Assembly: GCA_963741955.1 (NCBI GenBank)
Contig: CAVUKB010000005.1
Location: forward strand, 992,001-1,056,000
Source: an uncultured Acidobacteriota bacterium
GTDB taxonomy: Bacteria > Acidobacteriota > Thermoanaerobaculia > Gp7-AA8
Length of the DNA stretch: 64,000 bases
Direction of reading: 5' to 3'
The notes beneath the pieces are model-generated. The model was not told the DNA's origin and made no database searches. It saw only the letters and a list, made by a program, of their open reading frames with translations. This document shows, piece after piece, positions 8,609-17,550 of the stretch. The position numbers were made by a program, and so were the translations under genes. Position 1 is the first letter of the stretch, and every line of letters starts with the position of its first letter.

Positions 8609-10062
8609 CACTCGTTCCTCAGCTCGAACCGAACTGGGTCCTCGCGATCCTGCCGGAGATCGTCCTCACGGTGACCGGCATCATCATCATTCTCCTTCAG
8701 GCGTTCCTGCCGAAGGTGCGGAACGGCATGGCCTCGCTCGGGATCATCTCTCTGCTCGGCGCCCTGGCCTCTGAGCTCTGGGCGCAGAACGGAGTCTTCT
8801 TCGGCGGCACGTATTCGGTCTCCCCGCTCACGAAGTTCTTCGACTTCGTCTTCATCGTCGCCGCGATCCTCGCCTCGATGTACTCCCGGGATTACATGGC
8901 GCGCGAGAAGATCCAGGGAGGCGAGTTCTACGCCCTCCTCCTGTGGGCCACCGCGGGCATGATGATGATGTCCAAGGGACTCGATCTTCTCATCGTCATC
9001 CTCGGGCTGGAGATGCTCTCGATCTGTATCTTCGTCCTGGTCGGATACCACCGCGCCCTTCCGATCTCCAACGAAGCGAGTCTGAAGTACTTTCTGATGG
9101 GTGCATTCGCGACCGGGTTCATCCTCTATGGAACGGCACTCTTCTACGGCGCGAGCGGATCCACTAACGTCGACGTGCTTGCGAAGTACACCGCAGGACT
9201 GACCAGCGTCTCGCCGATGCTCACCATCGCGTTCGTGCTCCTGATCGCAGGATTCGGATTCAAGCTCGCGCTCTTCCCCTTCCACGCGTGGGCGCCCGAC
9301 GTCTACCAGGGAGCACCCAGCCCGGTTTCAGGATGGCTCTCCGTCGCCCCGAAAGCCGCAACGCTGGTGGCTCTGATGCGCATCCTCTCGGCACTCTACC
9401 CGGCCGCGAACATCAAGGCGTGGTGGAGTCTTCTCGCGGTTCTCTCGATCGGCTCGATGGTGGTCGGAAACTTCGTCGCCATCGCACAACGAGACATCAA
9501 ACGGATGCTCGCCTACTCGGGGATCGCCCACGTCGGGTACATGATGATCGCGGTGATGGTCCTGCGACGCGACTCCGTCGCCGCCATCGCGATCTACGCG
9601 ATCACTTATGCTCTGATGAACATCGGGGCCTTCGGCGTCGTCGCGATGCTCTCGAAGAACCAGAACGAGCCGCAGACCCTCAGCGACATCGCAGGGCTCG
9701 GCTGGCGCAAGCCTTTCTACGGACTGGCACTCGCGGTCTGCATGTTCTCGCTGGCCGGGCTTCCGCCGACGGCAGGCTTCATCGCCAAGTTCTACGTATT
9801 CAAGGTCGCGATCGAAGCGGGTGCAGTGTGGATCGCAATCATCGGCATTCTCACCAGTATCGTTTCGGTCTATTACTACCTGCGCGTCGTCTACTACCTC
9901 TACATGAAGGAAGCGGACGCGCTCGCACCGGCGCCCACCGAGGGCATCTTCGCGGCTGGAGCGATGGCGATCTCGATGATCGGAATCTTCGTCATCGGAA
10001 TCTATCCGTCGCCGCTGTTCCGGGCGGTCGTCGAGGCCGCGGGAGTCCTGCTCAAACACTGA
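8605..10062 (+). CDS. nuoN: NADH-quinone oxidoreductase subunit N
   Basis: GEFY, NEASLKYF, FKLALFPFHAWAPDVYQGAP, KRMLAYSGIAH; ATGA overlap with the nuoM stop. Confidence 0.96.
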   Translation: MTLVPQLEPNWVLAILPEIVLTVTGIIIILLQAFLPKVRNGMASLGIISLLGALASELWAQNGVFFGGTYSVSPLTKFFDFVFIVAAILASMYSRDYMAREKIQGGEFYALLLWATAGMMMMSKGLDLLIVILGLEMLSICIFVLVGYHRALPISNEASLKYFLMGAFATGFILYGTALFYGASGSTNVDVLAKYTAGLTSVSPMLTIAFVLLIAGFGFKLALFPFHAWAPDVYQGAPSPVSGWLSVAPKAATLVALMRILSALYPAANIKAWWSLLAVLSIGSMVVGNFVAIAQRDIKRMLAYSGIAHVGYMMIAVMVLRRDSVAAIAIYAITYALMNIGAFGVVAMLSKNQNEPQTLSDIAGLGWRKPFYGLALAVCMFSLAGLPPTAGFIAKFYVFKVAIEAGAVWIAIIGILTSIVSVYYYLRVVYYLYMKEADALAPAPTEGIFAAGAMAISMIGIFVIGIYPSPLFRAVVEAAGVLLKH

Positions 10063-10083
10063 TAGCCCGGTCATCGGACGACC

Positions 10084-10771
10084 ATGAATGCCCCGAATCG
10101 GAATACCCATCGAAATCAGGCCGCAAGAGATGCAATCTCGGATCTGACCACCAGACGGCTGTCGGTCTACCTCCGATGTCTGAACGTCCTCGAAAGCGAG
10201 AACCGTCAGACCATCTCCTCGAAAGAGCTCGCCGATCGGTTTCGACCTCAACTCCGCACAGATCAGGAAAGACCTCGCCTGCCTCGGCGAGTTCGGGATC
10301 CGGGGCGTGGGATACGAGGTCGGGCGACTGAAGCACCACCTGGTCGAGGCGCTCGGCATCCGGGAGACCCGGAATCTCGTGATCGTCGGCGCGGGAAATC
10401 TCGGGATGGCGCTGGCGAACTACCGCGGCTTCCTCGCCGACGGATTCCGCACTGTGGCAATGATCGATCGCGATCCGCGCCTGGTCGGCGGACAGTCGAG
10501 GAGCGGGGTTCCCGTCTATCACACCTCCGAGCTCGAGCGTCTGTTGCGCGAGGAGAAGGTCGAGATCGGGATCCTCGCCATTCCGGCAGCCGAGGCGCAG
10601 GAGGTCTGCGATCTCCTGGTAAGGGCCGGAATCCGAGCGATCCTCAACTTCGCACCGGTCCGTCTGCGAGCGCCGGAGAACGTGAAGGTGCGCGACGTCG
10701 ACCTGCGGATCTCGCTCGAGTCACTCTCGTTCTTCCTCGAACATTCGAACGACAGCGTGATGTCCTGCTGA
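10084..10771 (+). pseudogene. rex: Redox-sensing repressor Rex split by a +1 frameshift (pseudogene, sequencing error or recoding)
   Basis: Frame 1 gives RRLSVYLR...ISSKELADRF; one extra T at 10240-10242 (CGG TTT CGA); the next frame continues DLNSAQIRKDL...GIRGVGY...VIVGAGNLGMAL...ILNFAP. Confidence 0.9.
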
Positions 10772-10978
10772 CACGGACGGCCGGGGTGGAGTCTGCGCTT
10801 TCCCTTTAGTTCTCGTAAATGCATCCGGGCGCAGGACGATCCCGATCAGGCACGAGATCCGACTCCCATGTACGCTGATTTTCCAATTCGAACATTCGTC
10901 TATCCAGCGTGAAATTCAACCCGGACCGACACGTCACCCCACGACACGACCCACGTACGATTGCAGCCGCAGAGGTGA

Positions 10979-11317
10979 TCATCTCCCGATGATCTCGTTC
11001 AATCCTTCGATCATTGCGTCGAGCTCCTCGGGAGCGACGCGCCCCAACTTTCGACCGAGCCGCTGAATCGAGAGCGTGCGGATGTGGCCGATCTTCGCCC
11101 ACGATCTGCGCGGCAGTTTCGTGCTCGTAATCTCGAGCACGAGCGGGAACCCCGCCCGCGGCTCCTGACTGGTGACCGCGACTGCGATCACCGTTCCCGA
11201 TCGTTCGTTGAAGACGTCGTGACTCAACACGACGACGGGACGCGAGCCCGCCTGTTCGCGACCAGTAACCGGATTCAGGTCCGCCCAGACGACGTCGCCT
11301 CTCAGTATTCGGGCCAT
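10979..11317 (-). CDS. mazF: PemK/MazF-family mRNA interferase toxin
   Basis: RGDVVWADLNP..GREQAGSRPVVVLS..FN, IRTLS..RL motifs; 112 aa. Confidence 0.9.
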   Translation of the reverse strand: MARILRGDVVWADLNPVTGREQAGSRPVVVLSHDVFNERSGTVIAVAVTSQEPRAGFPLVLEITSTKLPRRSWAKIGHIRTLSIQRLGRKLGRVAPEELDAMIEGLNEIIGR

Positions 11318-11544
11318 CCGGATTCTTCCTGCGACATTCCCTCTTCCGCGAGAGCCTGTTCTACGTCGGCGTCGAGCTTCGCGCATTCCCGTGCGAGCCT
11401 CGTATGGTCGAGGCGTTCCAGGCGCTCGGAGACCGCTGCCTGAATCGCCTGACTTCGGTTGGGGAACACGCCCGCTGCGACCAACTGGTCAATCCGCTGT
11501 AGCGTCTGCTCGTCCATTGTGATGGCGATCTTTGCCCTGGCCAT
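11302..11544 (-). CDS. Ribbon-helix-helix (CopG/Arc) antitoxin
   Basis: AKIAITMD...IDQLV...FPNRSQAI; overlaps the toxin start; acidic C-terminus ending WPEY. Confidence 0.85.
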   Translation of the reverse strand: MARAKIAITMDEQTLQRIDQLVAAGVFPNRSQAIQAAVSERLERLDHTRLARECAKLDADVEQALAEEGMSQEESGWPEY

Positions 11545-11622
11545 GGTTGTCCTCGAGCGGTATCCTACCAAACATCATACCATCTGTTCCCCGACACGGC
11601 CTCGTTCGAGTATCCTTTCCCC

Positions 11623-12057
11623 ATGGCCAGACTTTCTTCCGCCGCCCGCTACGCGCTCGCGTTCGTCGCCGGATTCCTCTCCGTCCTCACGTTCCATCAG
11701 GGCGCTCTCTGGCTGCTGCATCTGTTCGGAGTGACGTCGCATCACGCCTGGGTCATCCGTCCGGTCCCACCGTTCGGAATCCCCGCGGTCTTCTCGCTCG
11801 CGTTCTGGGGCGGCCTCTGGGGGATCGTCCTCATCGCTCTGGTCGGGCGGCGAAAGGGCTGGCTGCTCTGGTTCTCCGCAACCGCGGTCGGCGCGATCCT
11901 TCCGAGCATCGTCGCCTGGTTCGTCGTCGCGCCGCTCGAGCATCAGCCGATCGCCGGCGGCGGCAGGCCATCCGCGATCCTCACTGCGCTGATCATCAAT
12001 GCCGCATGGGGACTCGGTACCGCGATCTTCGCGAGAGGATTCGGCGTCCGGAGTTAG
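11623..12057 (+). CDS. Hypothetical 4-TM membrane protein
   Basis: FHQG, PVPPFGIPAVFSLAFWGGLWG; four hydrophobic segments. Confidence 0.7.
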   Translation: MARLSSAARYALAFVAGFLSVLTFHQGALWLLHLFGVTSHHAWVIRPVPPFGIPAVFSLAFWGGLWGIVLIALVGRRKGWLLWFSATAVGAILPSIVAWFVVAPLEHQPIAGGGRPSAILTALIINAAWGLGTAIFARGFGVRS

Positions 12058-12128
12058 TCCGGATCATTCACGGGATTTCTGCCGCAGCGCCCAGACGTCT
12101 CCCGAGTCTCTGACCACCCCCGGCCGGA

Positions 12129-14258
12129 TCAGCGATGCACGCTTCGCGTTCGTTCCAGTGGAACGGGCGTCCAGTAGAGTCGGAGAATGCCGTCCGGCTC
12201 CGCCGAGGGATGCGGGACGAGCAGGCGCGAGTAGACCATGGCGGCGCGACCTGCCGCCGCACCAAATCCGAGCTCGGTCCGATGCGCGCGATCGAATCCG
12301 GTCGCGATCACGCGCGGCTCGCCTGACGTGCCGTCCTCCACGGGGAGGACCGCCAGCCGCTCACCGTCATCCATCGCAACGAGGCAGTGCTCTCCGTCCG
12401 AGGCGGCCCGGAACGAGCCCGGGATATCGACCATGAAGCGATCGCTCATTCCGTTCCGGCGCAGGAGTCTCGCGTACGTTCCGCTCCCGAGCGCTTCCGT
12501 CCAGAGGAGAAGAGCCGCGTCACCGGATCCCGCCACGTCGAATGATCGGATGGAGTCCATCCGAAACGCCTGGCCCACCGGCGTTCCGGAGGATGAGAGC
12601 CATTGTCCGACCAGCGTAGCGCCACAGCCGGCCGATACCGGACAATGGAACGCCGTGAGGAGGAGATACGCTCCGTCTGCCCAGGTAATCCTCACTGCAT
12701 CCCCGAGCCTCTCGCTCAATACTGTCTCGGTCGACTTTCCGCTCGCCTCCACGACCAGCACGCGATCGGCACCCGAAACCGCCACCATGTACGAAGTCCC
12801 GTCCGATGCCGCGGCGGGAGACGAAGAAGTCTCTTCCAGAGTCGTCTCCTGGAGTGGTCCTGGAGGCCCTTCGTCCGGAACGAGCCGATAGTTCAGGGTT
12901 CGATTCATCCACACTGCGAGATGCCCATCTGCGGAGGACGCAGTCGCGGAGTGCGGAAACCGCTGGTCGCCGAGATCGAGAGGAAGAGGATCGATTGCGG
13001 TAGCAGAGCTCGTGTCGAAACGCCGCCCGCGTAACCGGTTGTGCTCGGCCCAGGTGATCAGCGTCGTCCCGGCATTCATCGTCACCTGAGGATCGATCTG
13101 ATTATCCGTTCCGAGTGCCGCAACCCGCTCGTGGTCGAGGGCATCATTCTCGAGAAACGCGCTCCAGAGGTCCTCATCGAAGGGGCTGGCTACCAGGCCG
13201 ACCAGCCAACGGACCCCGTTCGAGGCGACCGCGACCGGCTCGATGGCCGGCGCGATCGATGTTTCGACGGCCGTCGTCGTCCCGCCGGCGAGCTCGTACT
13301 TCATCAATCGCCTTCCCGTCGAGTCATTTCCTTCAGTCCAGAAAACGGCGCAGACACCCTGATGACAGCCGATCACCGGTGCCGATACGGTCTGCGAATC
13401 GGAGGCGCGAATCGCGAACGGGCGACCTCCGGAGTCGTCGATCCGCATCGCGTCGATTCCTCCCTCTCTCACCTCCCACGCTGCGAGTACTCCGTCGGGG
13501 GTCGATGACATTGCGAGATCGGGAAGTGCGACGGAGGGACTCTCGATCGCGACCGCTCCGAGATCGCGGTCGATGTTCCCCCTCGAATCGAGGTGGAACC
13601 GCTCCAACGTGGAGAGCGTTCCCGTCGAGAGCGTCTGCTGAACCTGCCGGGAGAGGAAGAAGCCCTCACTCGAATCCGCCACGGCGGCAGTATCCGTCCT
13701 GACCAGCCCGTTCGGCGACGGCAGATCGTAATTCGCGATCAGCGACAACTCACGATTCAGGACGAATACAGTGGACCTGCCGTTGTAGTCGCGCGTGAGT
13801 ACGTAGACTGAACCGTTCCACGCCAGCGACGTCTCGTCCGCCGTCCCTGCGGTTCCGGTATCGGGAACGATCCGTCCCGTCAGCACCTCGCCTTCTGCGC
13901 TCACGGGAGTCACGATCATTGCGACACGCGACGCGAACGCAACGACGTACTCGGTTCCGTTCCAGATCACGGACGGCTGTACGTCGTTGGTCCAGGTGGC
14001 ACTCACCGGAACCGCCCGTCGGTCGATCAGATCGCCGGCCGCGGAAACGCGCGCGGCATAGACGTCCTGATTGACTCCGAAACGCGCATCGGTCCAGACG
14101 AGAAGGAAGTCCCGGCCGTCACTCGCCGCCACCACCTGGTTCTGGCTTCCGTCCGCCGGGAGGAGCTCCGTCGGAGGGGACAACAGCCGTTCGGCGGTCG
14201 CGGCGGACAGGAGAGAGGCAACGAGGGAAAAGAAGACAGCGATCAGAGTGGTCTTCAT
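12129..14258 (-). CDS. Secreted repeat (probable beta-propeller) protein with basic C-terminal tail
   Basis: Signal peptide MKTTLIAVFFSLVASLLSA; recurring (S/W)(D/N)GxxY/F-L-L-V blades; ends PLERTRSVHR. Confidence 0.75.
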   Translation of the reverse strand: MKTTLIAVFFSLVASLLSAATAERLLSPPTELLPADGSQNQVVAASDGRDFLLVWTDARFGVNQDVYAARVSAAGDLIDRRAVPVSATWTNDVQPSVIWNGTEYVVAFASRVAMIVTPVSAEGEVLTGRIVPDTGTAGTADETSLAWNGSVYVLTRDYNGRSTVFVLNRELSLIANYDLPSPNGLVRTDTAAVADSSEGFFLSRQVQQTLSTGTLSTLERFHLDSRGNIDRDLGAVAIESPSVALPDLAMSSTPDGVLAAWEVREGGIDAMRIDDSGGRPFAIRASDSQTVSAPVIGCHQGVCAVFWTEGNDSTGRRLMKYELAGGTTTAVETSIAPAIEPVAVASNGVRWLVGLVASPFDEDLWSAFLENDALDHERVAALGTDNQIDPQVTMNAGTTLITWAEHNRLRGRRFDTSSATAIDPLPLDLGDQRFPHSATASSADGHLAVWMNRTLNYRLVPDEGPPGPLQETTLEETSSSPAAASDGTSYMVAVSGADRVLVVEASGKSTETVLSERLGDAVRITWADGAYLLLTAFHCPVSAGCGATLVGQWLSSSGTPVGQAFRMDSIRSFDVAGSGDAALLLWTEALGSGTYARLLRRNGMSDRFMVDIPGSFRAASDGEHCLVAMDDGERLAVLPVEDGTSGEPRVIATGFDRAHRTELGFGAAAGRAAMVYSRLLVPHPSAEPDGILRLYWTPVPLERTRSVHR

Positions 14259-14326
14259 ACCGACTTGATACGAGGAAGAACCGGAAGATGTCCACGCACC
14301 ATGCCTCGGAATTCTCACCAGGACGA

Positions 14327-14508
14327 CCTTCCGATGCGAGAACCCGTTCGATCCGCCGGTCGGGAATCAGCCAGATCAACGCGACGAGGACGTAGATGCC
14401 CAGCGCGAGCCAGCGGAATCGCAGCGCGGAAACGATCCCGATCGCATACAGAACGGGTGAGACCTTTCCTTTCCAGTCGCCTCCGATCGCACGGCGCAGC
14501 AGCGAGTC
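14327..14508 (-). pseudogene. 3' fragment of a TMEM175/DUF1211 potassium-channel gene (the rest is at 15916-15956)
   Basis: Manual translation SLLRRAIGGDWKGKVSPVLY...IYVLVALIWLIPDRRIERVL, the typical bacterial TMEM175 C-terminus; joins in frame to ILQDRIIASQGAD across the IS. Confidence 0.7.
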
Positions 14509-15915
14509 CCTGTCGCGTCAAATGAAAATCTGACTTTAGGGGGGATCGTCGCGTCAGATTGGATCTGACCGAAGGGGGTCGTTGGTTTGGCTTCTTAGAC
14601 GCTGGCATCGGTGGACCTCGGGGTGGTGGCGTCCTCCCCCTCGAGGGGGAGGATCGAGGAGAGGGTGCGACGGTTCAGAGAGCGTGCTCGCGTCGAGCTT
14701 TTTCCGTTGAGGTGGTGAACGCGGGCGAGCTTTCGTTCGATGATGTCGGATAGTTCGAAGGGGTTGAGCGCCGCACGGAGCGCAGCGAGACGGGCGAGCT
14801 CGGGAGAACGCGGATTGTCGGCGAGGAGGCGATCGAGGGGCGTGCGGGGCGCATCGTAGACGCGCCGTGTACGAGAGCCGATTCGTTCCTTCCGGATGAG
14901 CTTCACCGAGGGCTGAAACAGGTTCATCATCAGCCGCCACTCCTTCGCATAGAGATCGTTCAACGCGTCCACGGCCGCACGGGTATCGATCCGCTCCCAG
15001 CCTACGAGCCGTCGGACGTGGGTCCAGTTCTTCTGCTCGATGTGGGCGTTGTCGTCTTTCTTGTACGGCCGTCCCCGGGTGAACTGAACCTTGTTGCGGA
15101 GGCAGTACCGATAGAGATGACCGTTGATGAACTCACTGCCGTTGTCAGAGTCGATTCCGAGAAGACGGAAGGGCAGCGCAACCCGGATGCAGTCGATCGC
15201 CGCGACGATACCGGTCTGGGCTTTACTCAGAACCGCCCGGGTCTCGGTCCAGGTCGAGTGGATGTCGGTGAAGTTCAGTGAGTGGGCGAACTCGCCATCG
15301 GCACACGGCCCGGAGTGCGACACCAGATCGATCTCACACCAGCCGGGATCCCGGACATCCCACCGATCGGTGCGGATCGGGATGTGATGCTTGAGAAGCG
15401 TGCCGGGCTTGGTTCGACCGTAGAGCTTCCGCCGATCCGCCGTCCGCCGCTCCCGCAGGTAGCGGTCGATCGATCGTGGGCTGATCTCGAGCACGGCCTG
15501 CTCGACCTCTGAGGATAGATTCTTCACGTACGGCAGCCACAACCGGAGCATCGATTTGAGCCTCACCGACCATGGATAATCGGCCGCTTCCCAGATGCCC
15601 TCGAGCACGTCGATCACCGCGGCCGAATACTTCTTCTTCCGTCCAGGTCGTCCCCGCCTCCGGCCGTTCTTCTCAGGCGGGTTGCGGAGCAATGAGATCG
15701 CATACTTGCGGTTCAGCCCCGCTGCCATGCAGAACGCGTCGAGGATCATCGCTTTCTCCTTCCGCCCTGCCTTCCGGTATCGTTCCGAGAGTCGCCGTGC
15801 CTGTTCGTGTCGATCTTTCGCCTTCATCGCACCCTCCCCCGCAGAGGATGCCCCGGTCAGATTCTTTTTGGCGCGACGATTCTCCCTTCGGTCAGATTTA
15901 GTTTGGCGCGATACG
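14509..15915 (-). mobile_element. Complete 1407-bp insertion sequence (DDE transposase, ISNCY-type annotation) with 5-bp target duplication
   Basis: Imperfect terminal IRs CCTGTCGCGTCAAA.. / ..TTTGGCGCGATACG; each end has two tandem TCGCGYCA..ATCTGAC units; GAGTC direct repeat at 14504-14508 and 15916-15920. Confidence 0.85.
14595..15827 (-). CDS. DDE (integrase-core) transposase
   Basis: EIDLVSH, IDSDNGSEF, RPYKKDDNAHIEQKN catalytic motifs; N-terminal HTH-like region. Confidence 0.9.
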   Translation of the reverse strand: MKAKDRHEQARRLSERYRKAGRKEKAMILDAFCMAAGLNRKYAISLLRNPPEKNGRRRGRPGRKKKYSAAVIDVLEGIWEAADYPWSVRLKSMLRLWLPYVKNLSSEVEQAVLEISPRSIDRYLRERRTADRRKLYGRTKPGTLLKHHIPIRTDRWDVRDPGWCEIDLVSHSGPCADGEFAHSLNFTDIHSTWTETRAVLSKAQTGIVAAIDCIRVALPFRLLGIDSDNGSEFINGHLYRYCLRNKVQFTRGRPYKKDDNAHIEQKNWTHVRRLVGWERIDTRAAVDALNDLYAKEWRLMMNLFQPSVKLIRKERIGSRTRRVYDAPRTPLDRLLADNPRSPELARLAALRAALNPFELSDIIERKLARVHHLNGKSSTRARSLNRRTLSSILPLEGEDATTPRSTDASV

Positions 15916-16105
15916 GAGTCGGCGCCCTGTGATGCGATGATGCGATCCTGAAGAATGCGCGTCCGAAGGGTCGTGCGCGGAAGCGGCTGCTGCGTCTCGC
16001 CGATCGAAGCAGCCTCACCGGTCGGCGGTATGCCGTCATGAGGAAACCTTCACTCGATCCGGAACGACCGATCGTCACGCTTCCTGCTGGCGCGCTCGTC
16101 CGTGA

Positions 16106-17530
16106 CTAATGCCACGGGCCGGCGACCCCGTGGCGTCGTGACGGCGGCTTCTCCTCGCCGGAAAACGGCTCGACGAAGTTGTCCTCAGGGGTCAGGTCTT
16201 CGACGCCCTCGGCCGCGGCAATGATCGTTGAAGGAACTTCCGACAACGGCATCGTGAACCAGAGCCGCCGCTCTCCTCCCGGCTCGATCGTCGGGATGCG
16301 GATCTCGATCGCCGGCTGACCCGCCGCTTTCCCGCCAACTCGGATATTCGAGACAGTCGACGTCCCGTCGTTCCGTACCGATACCTCGAACCACACCACG
16401 GATGGATCGGACGAGGCGAACCGCTGCACTGAGAGTGAGATGTCGCCCGGTACCATGGCGAGAGGTCGCACCGACGGCCGCCACTCCGGAGAGCCGAAGT
16501 CCGCTTCGTCGGCAAACACGAGAAGATCGCCGTATCCGAATCGAGGGAGCGCGACATCCGGAAGAGCGGTCACGCTGATTGCTCGATCGGCTCCGTCGAG
16601 ACGTATGAGCCGAATCGGATGATCCGCAATCACCTTCCAGCCGGATGAATCGGCCGTCGCGGTGACGACGTGATCGAGGAGAGGAACGCGGCTCCTCTCC
16701 AGTTCCTCGCCGTCCGGGGAGAGATGAAGTACCGTCGTCTCGGCCGCCCCAACCGGCACCACCCACGTGCCGTCCGGCAGGCCTGCCGCGAGTGGCTTCG
16801 AGGAAACGGGCTCGAACGTTCGATGCAATCCGAGAGGAGCTCCGTCGCGCCCGAGCGCCAGCACGATCAGCCTTGGCAGATCCGTGCAGTCATCGGAACA
16901 GCGCGGTGATTCCTGCAGAAGGATCAGGCGGTCGTCACCGTTCCCGGCGATCGCCATCGAATGGTCGGGAAAGAGCTGCGCGAGAGCCTCAGCGCGCGGT
17001 GGTTGATCCACCGCCTTCCCGGACGTCGAGATCCTCTGCCAGCGAATTCCCTCCGGTGCTCGCTCGGCGAAGAGCATCTCATCGTCCCAGCCGCCCGCCG
17101 TCGCATCCCACATCCCCTGCAGCGGCAACGCGCCGGGATCAACCCATGCTCCGTCGAGCGCAACGCGACGTCCCCAGGGGGAGAACCCGCCGTCGAAATC
17201 CAGCCACAACAGCTCGAACCCGCCCGGTACCGGGACCGCATCGTAATTCGTGATGATGCCCGAAGGAAGATCCTCGACCGAACCGATCTGCCGGCCGGCG
17301 GCGTCAACCAGAATGAACTTCTGGTCGTAATAGCCCCATCGGACGAGCGTAACGTCACCTGAGACCACGGAGTCCAGGTTGAACCCCTCCTCGGGAATAC
17401 CCGTCTCGGTCCGTACCGCCGAAAACCCTCCAGCTTCCAACCCAAGAGAGACCGGCCTCCGATGAGCAGCGATGGCTGTTCCCGTGATCATAGTCAGCAG
17501 CAGAACGATGAAGCTGTAAGAGCGAATCAT
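16106..17530 (-). CDS. Secreted protein with C-terminal CARDB/DUF11-like Ig domain; paralog of the C-terminal half of 17551-19869
   Basis: Signal peptide; GDISLSV..VRNDG..EPG..DLTPEDN; shares VVSGDVTLV and DGTWVVP with the neighbour. Confidence 0.7.
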   Translation of the reverse strand: MIRSYSFIVLLLTMITGTAIAAHRRPVSLGLEAGGFSAVRTETGIPEEGFNLDSVVSGDVTLVRWGYYDQKFILVDAAGRQIGSVEDLPSGIITNYDAVPVPGGFELLWLDFDGGFSPWGRRVALDGAWVDPGALPLQGMWDATAGGWDDEMLFAERAPEGIRWQRISTSGKAVDQPPRAEALAQLFPDHSMAIAGNGDDRLILLQESPRCSDDCTDLPRLIVLALGRDGAPLGLHRTFEPVSSKPLAAGLPDGTWVVPVGAAETTVLHLSPDGEELERSRVPLLDHVVTATADSSGWKVIADHPIRLIRLDGADRAISVTALPDVALPRFGYGDLLVFADEADFGSPEWRPSVRPLAMVPGDISLSVQRFASSDPSVVWFEVSVRNDGTSTVSNIRVGGKAAGQPAIEIRIPTIEPGGERRLWFTMPLSEVPSTIIAAAEGVEDLTPEDNFVEPFSGEEKPPSRRHGVAGPWH

Positions 17531-17550
17531 CTCTCTTCCTTTCCATGCAC

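Noticed and set aside
10806-10982. Small ORF coupled to the mazF stop (third TA component)
   Set aside because: No recognisable motif and atypical composition; unsupported
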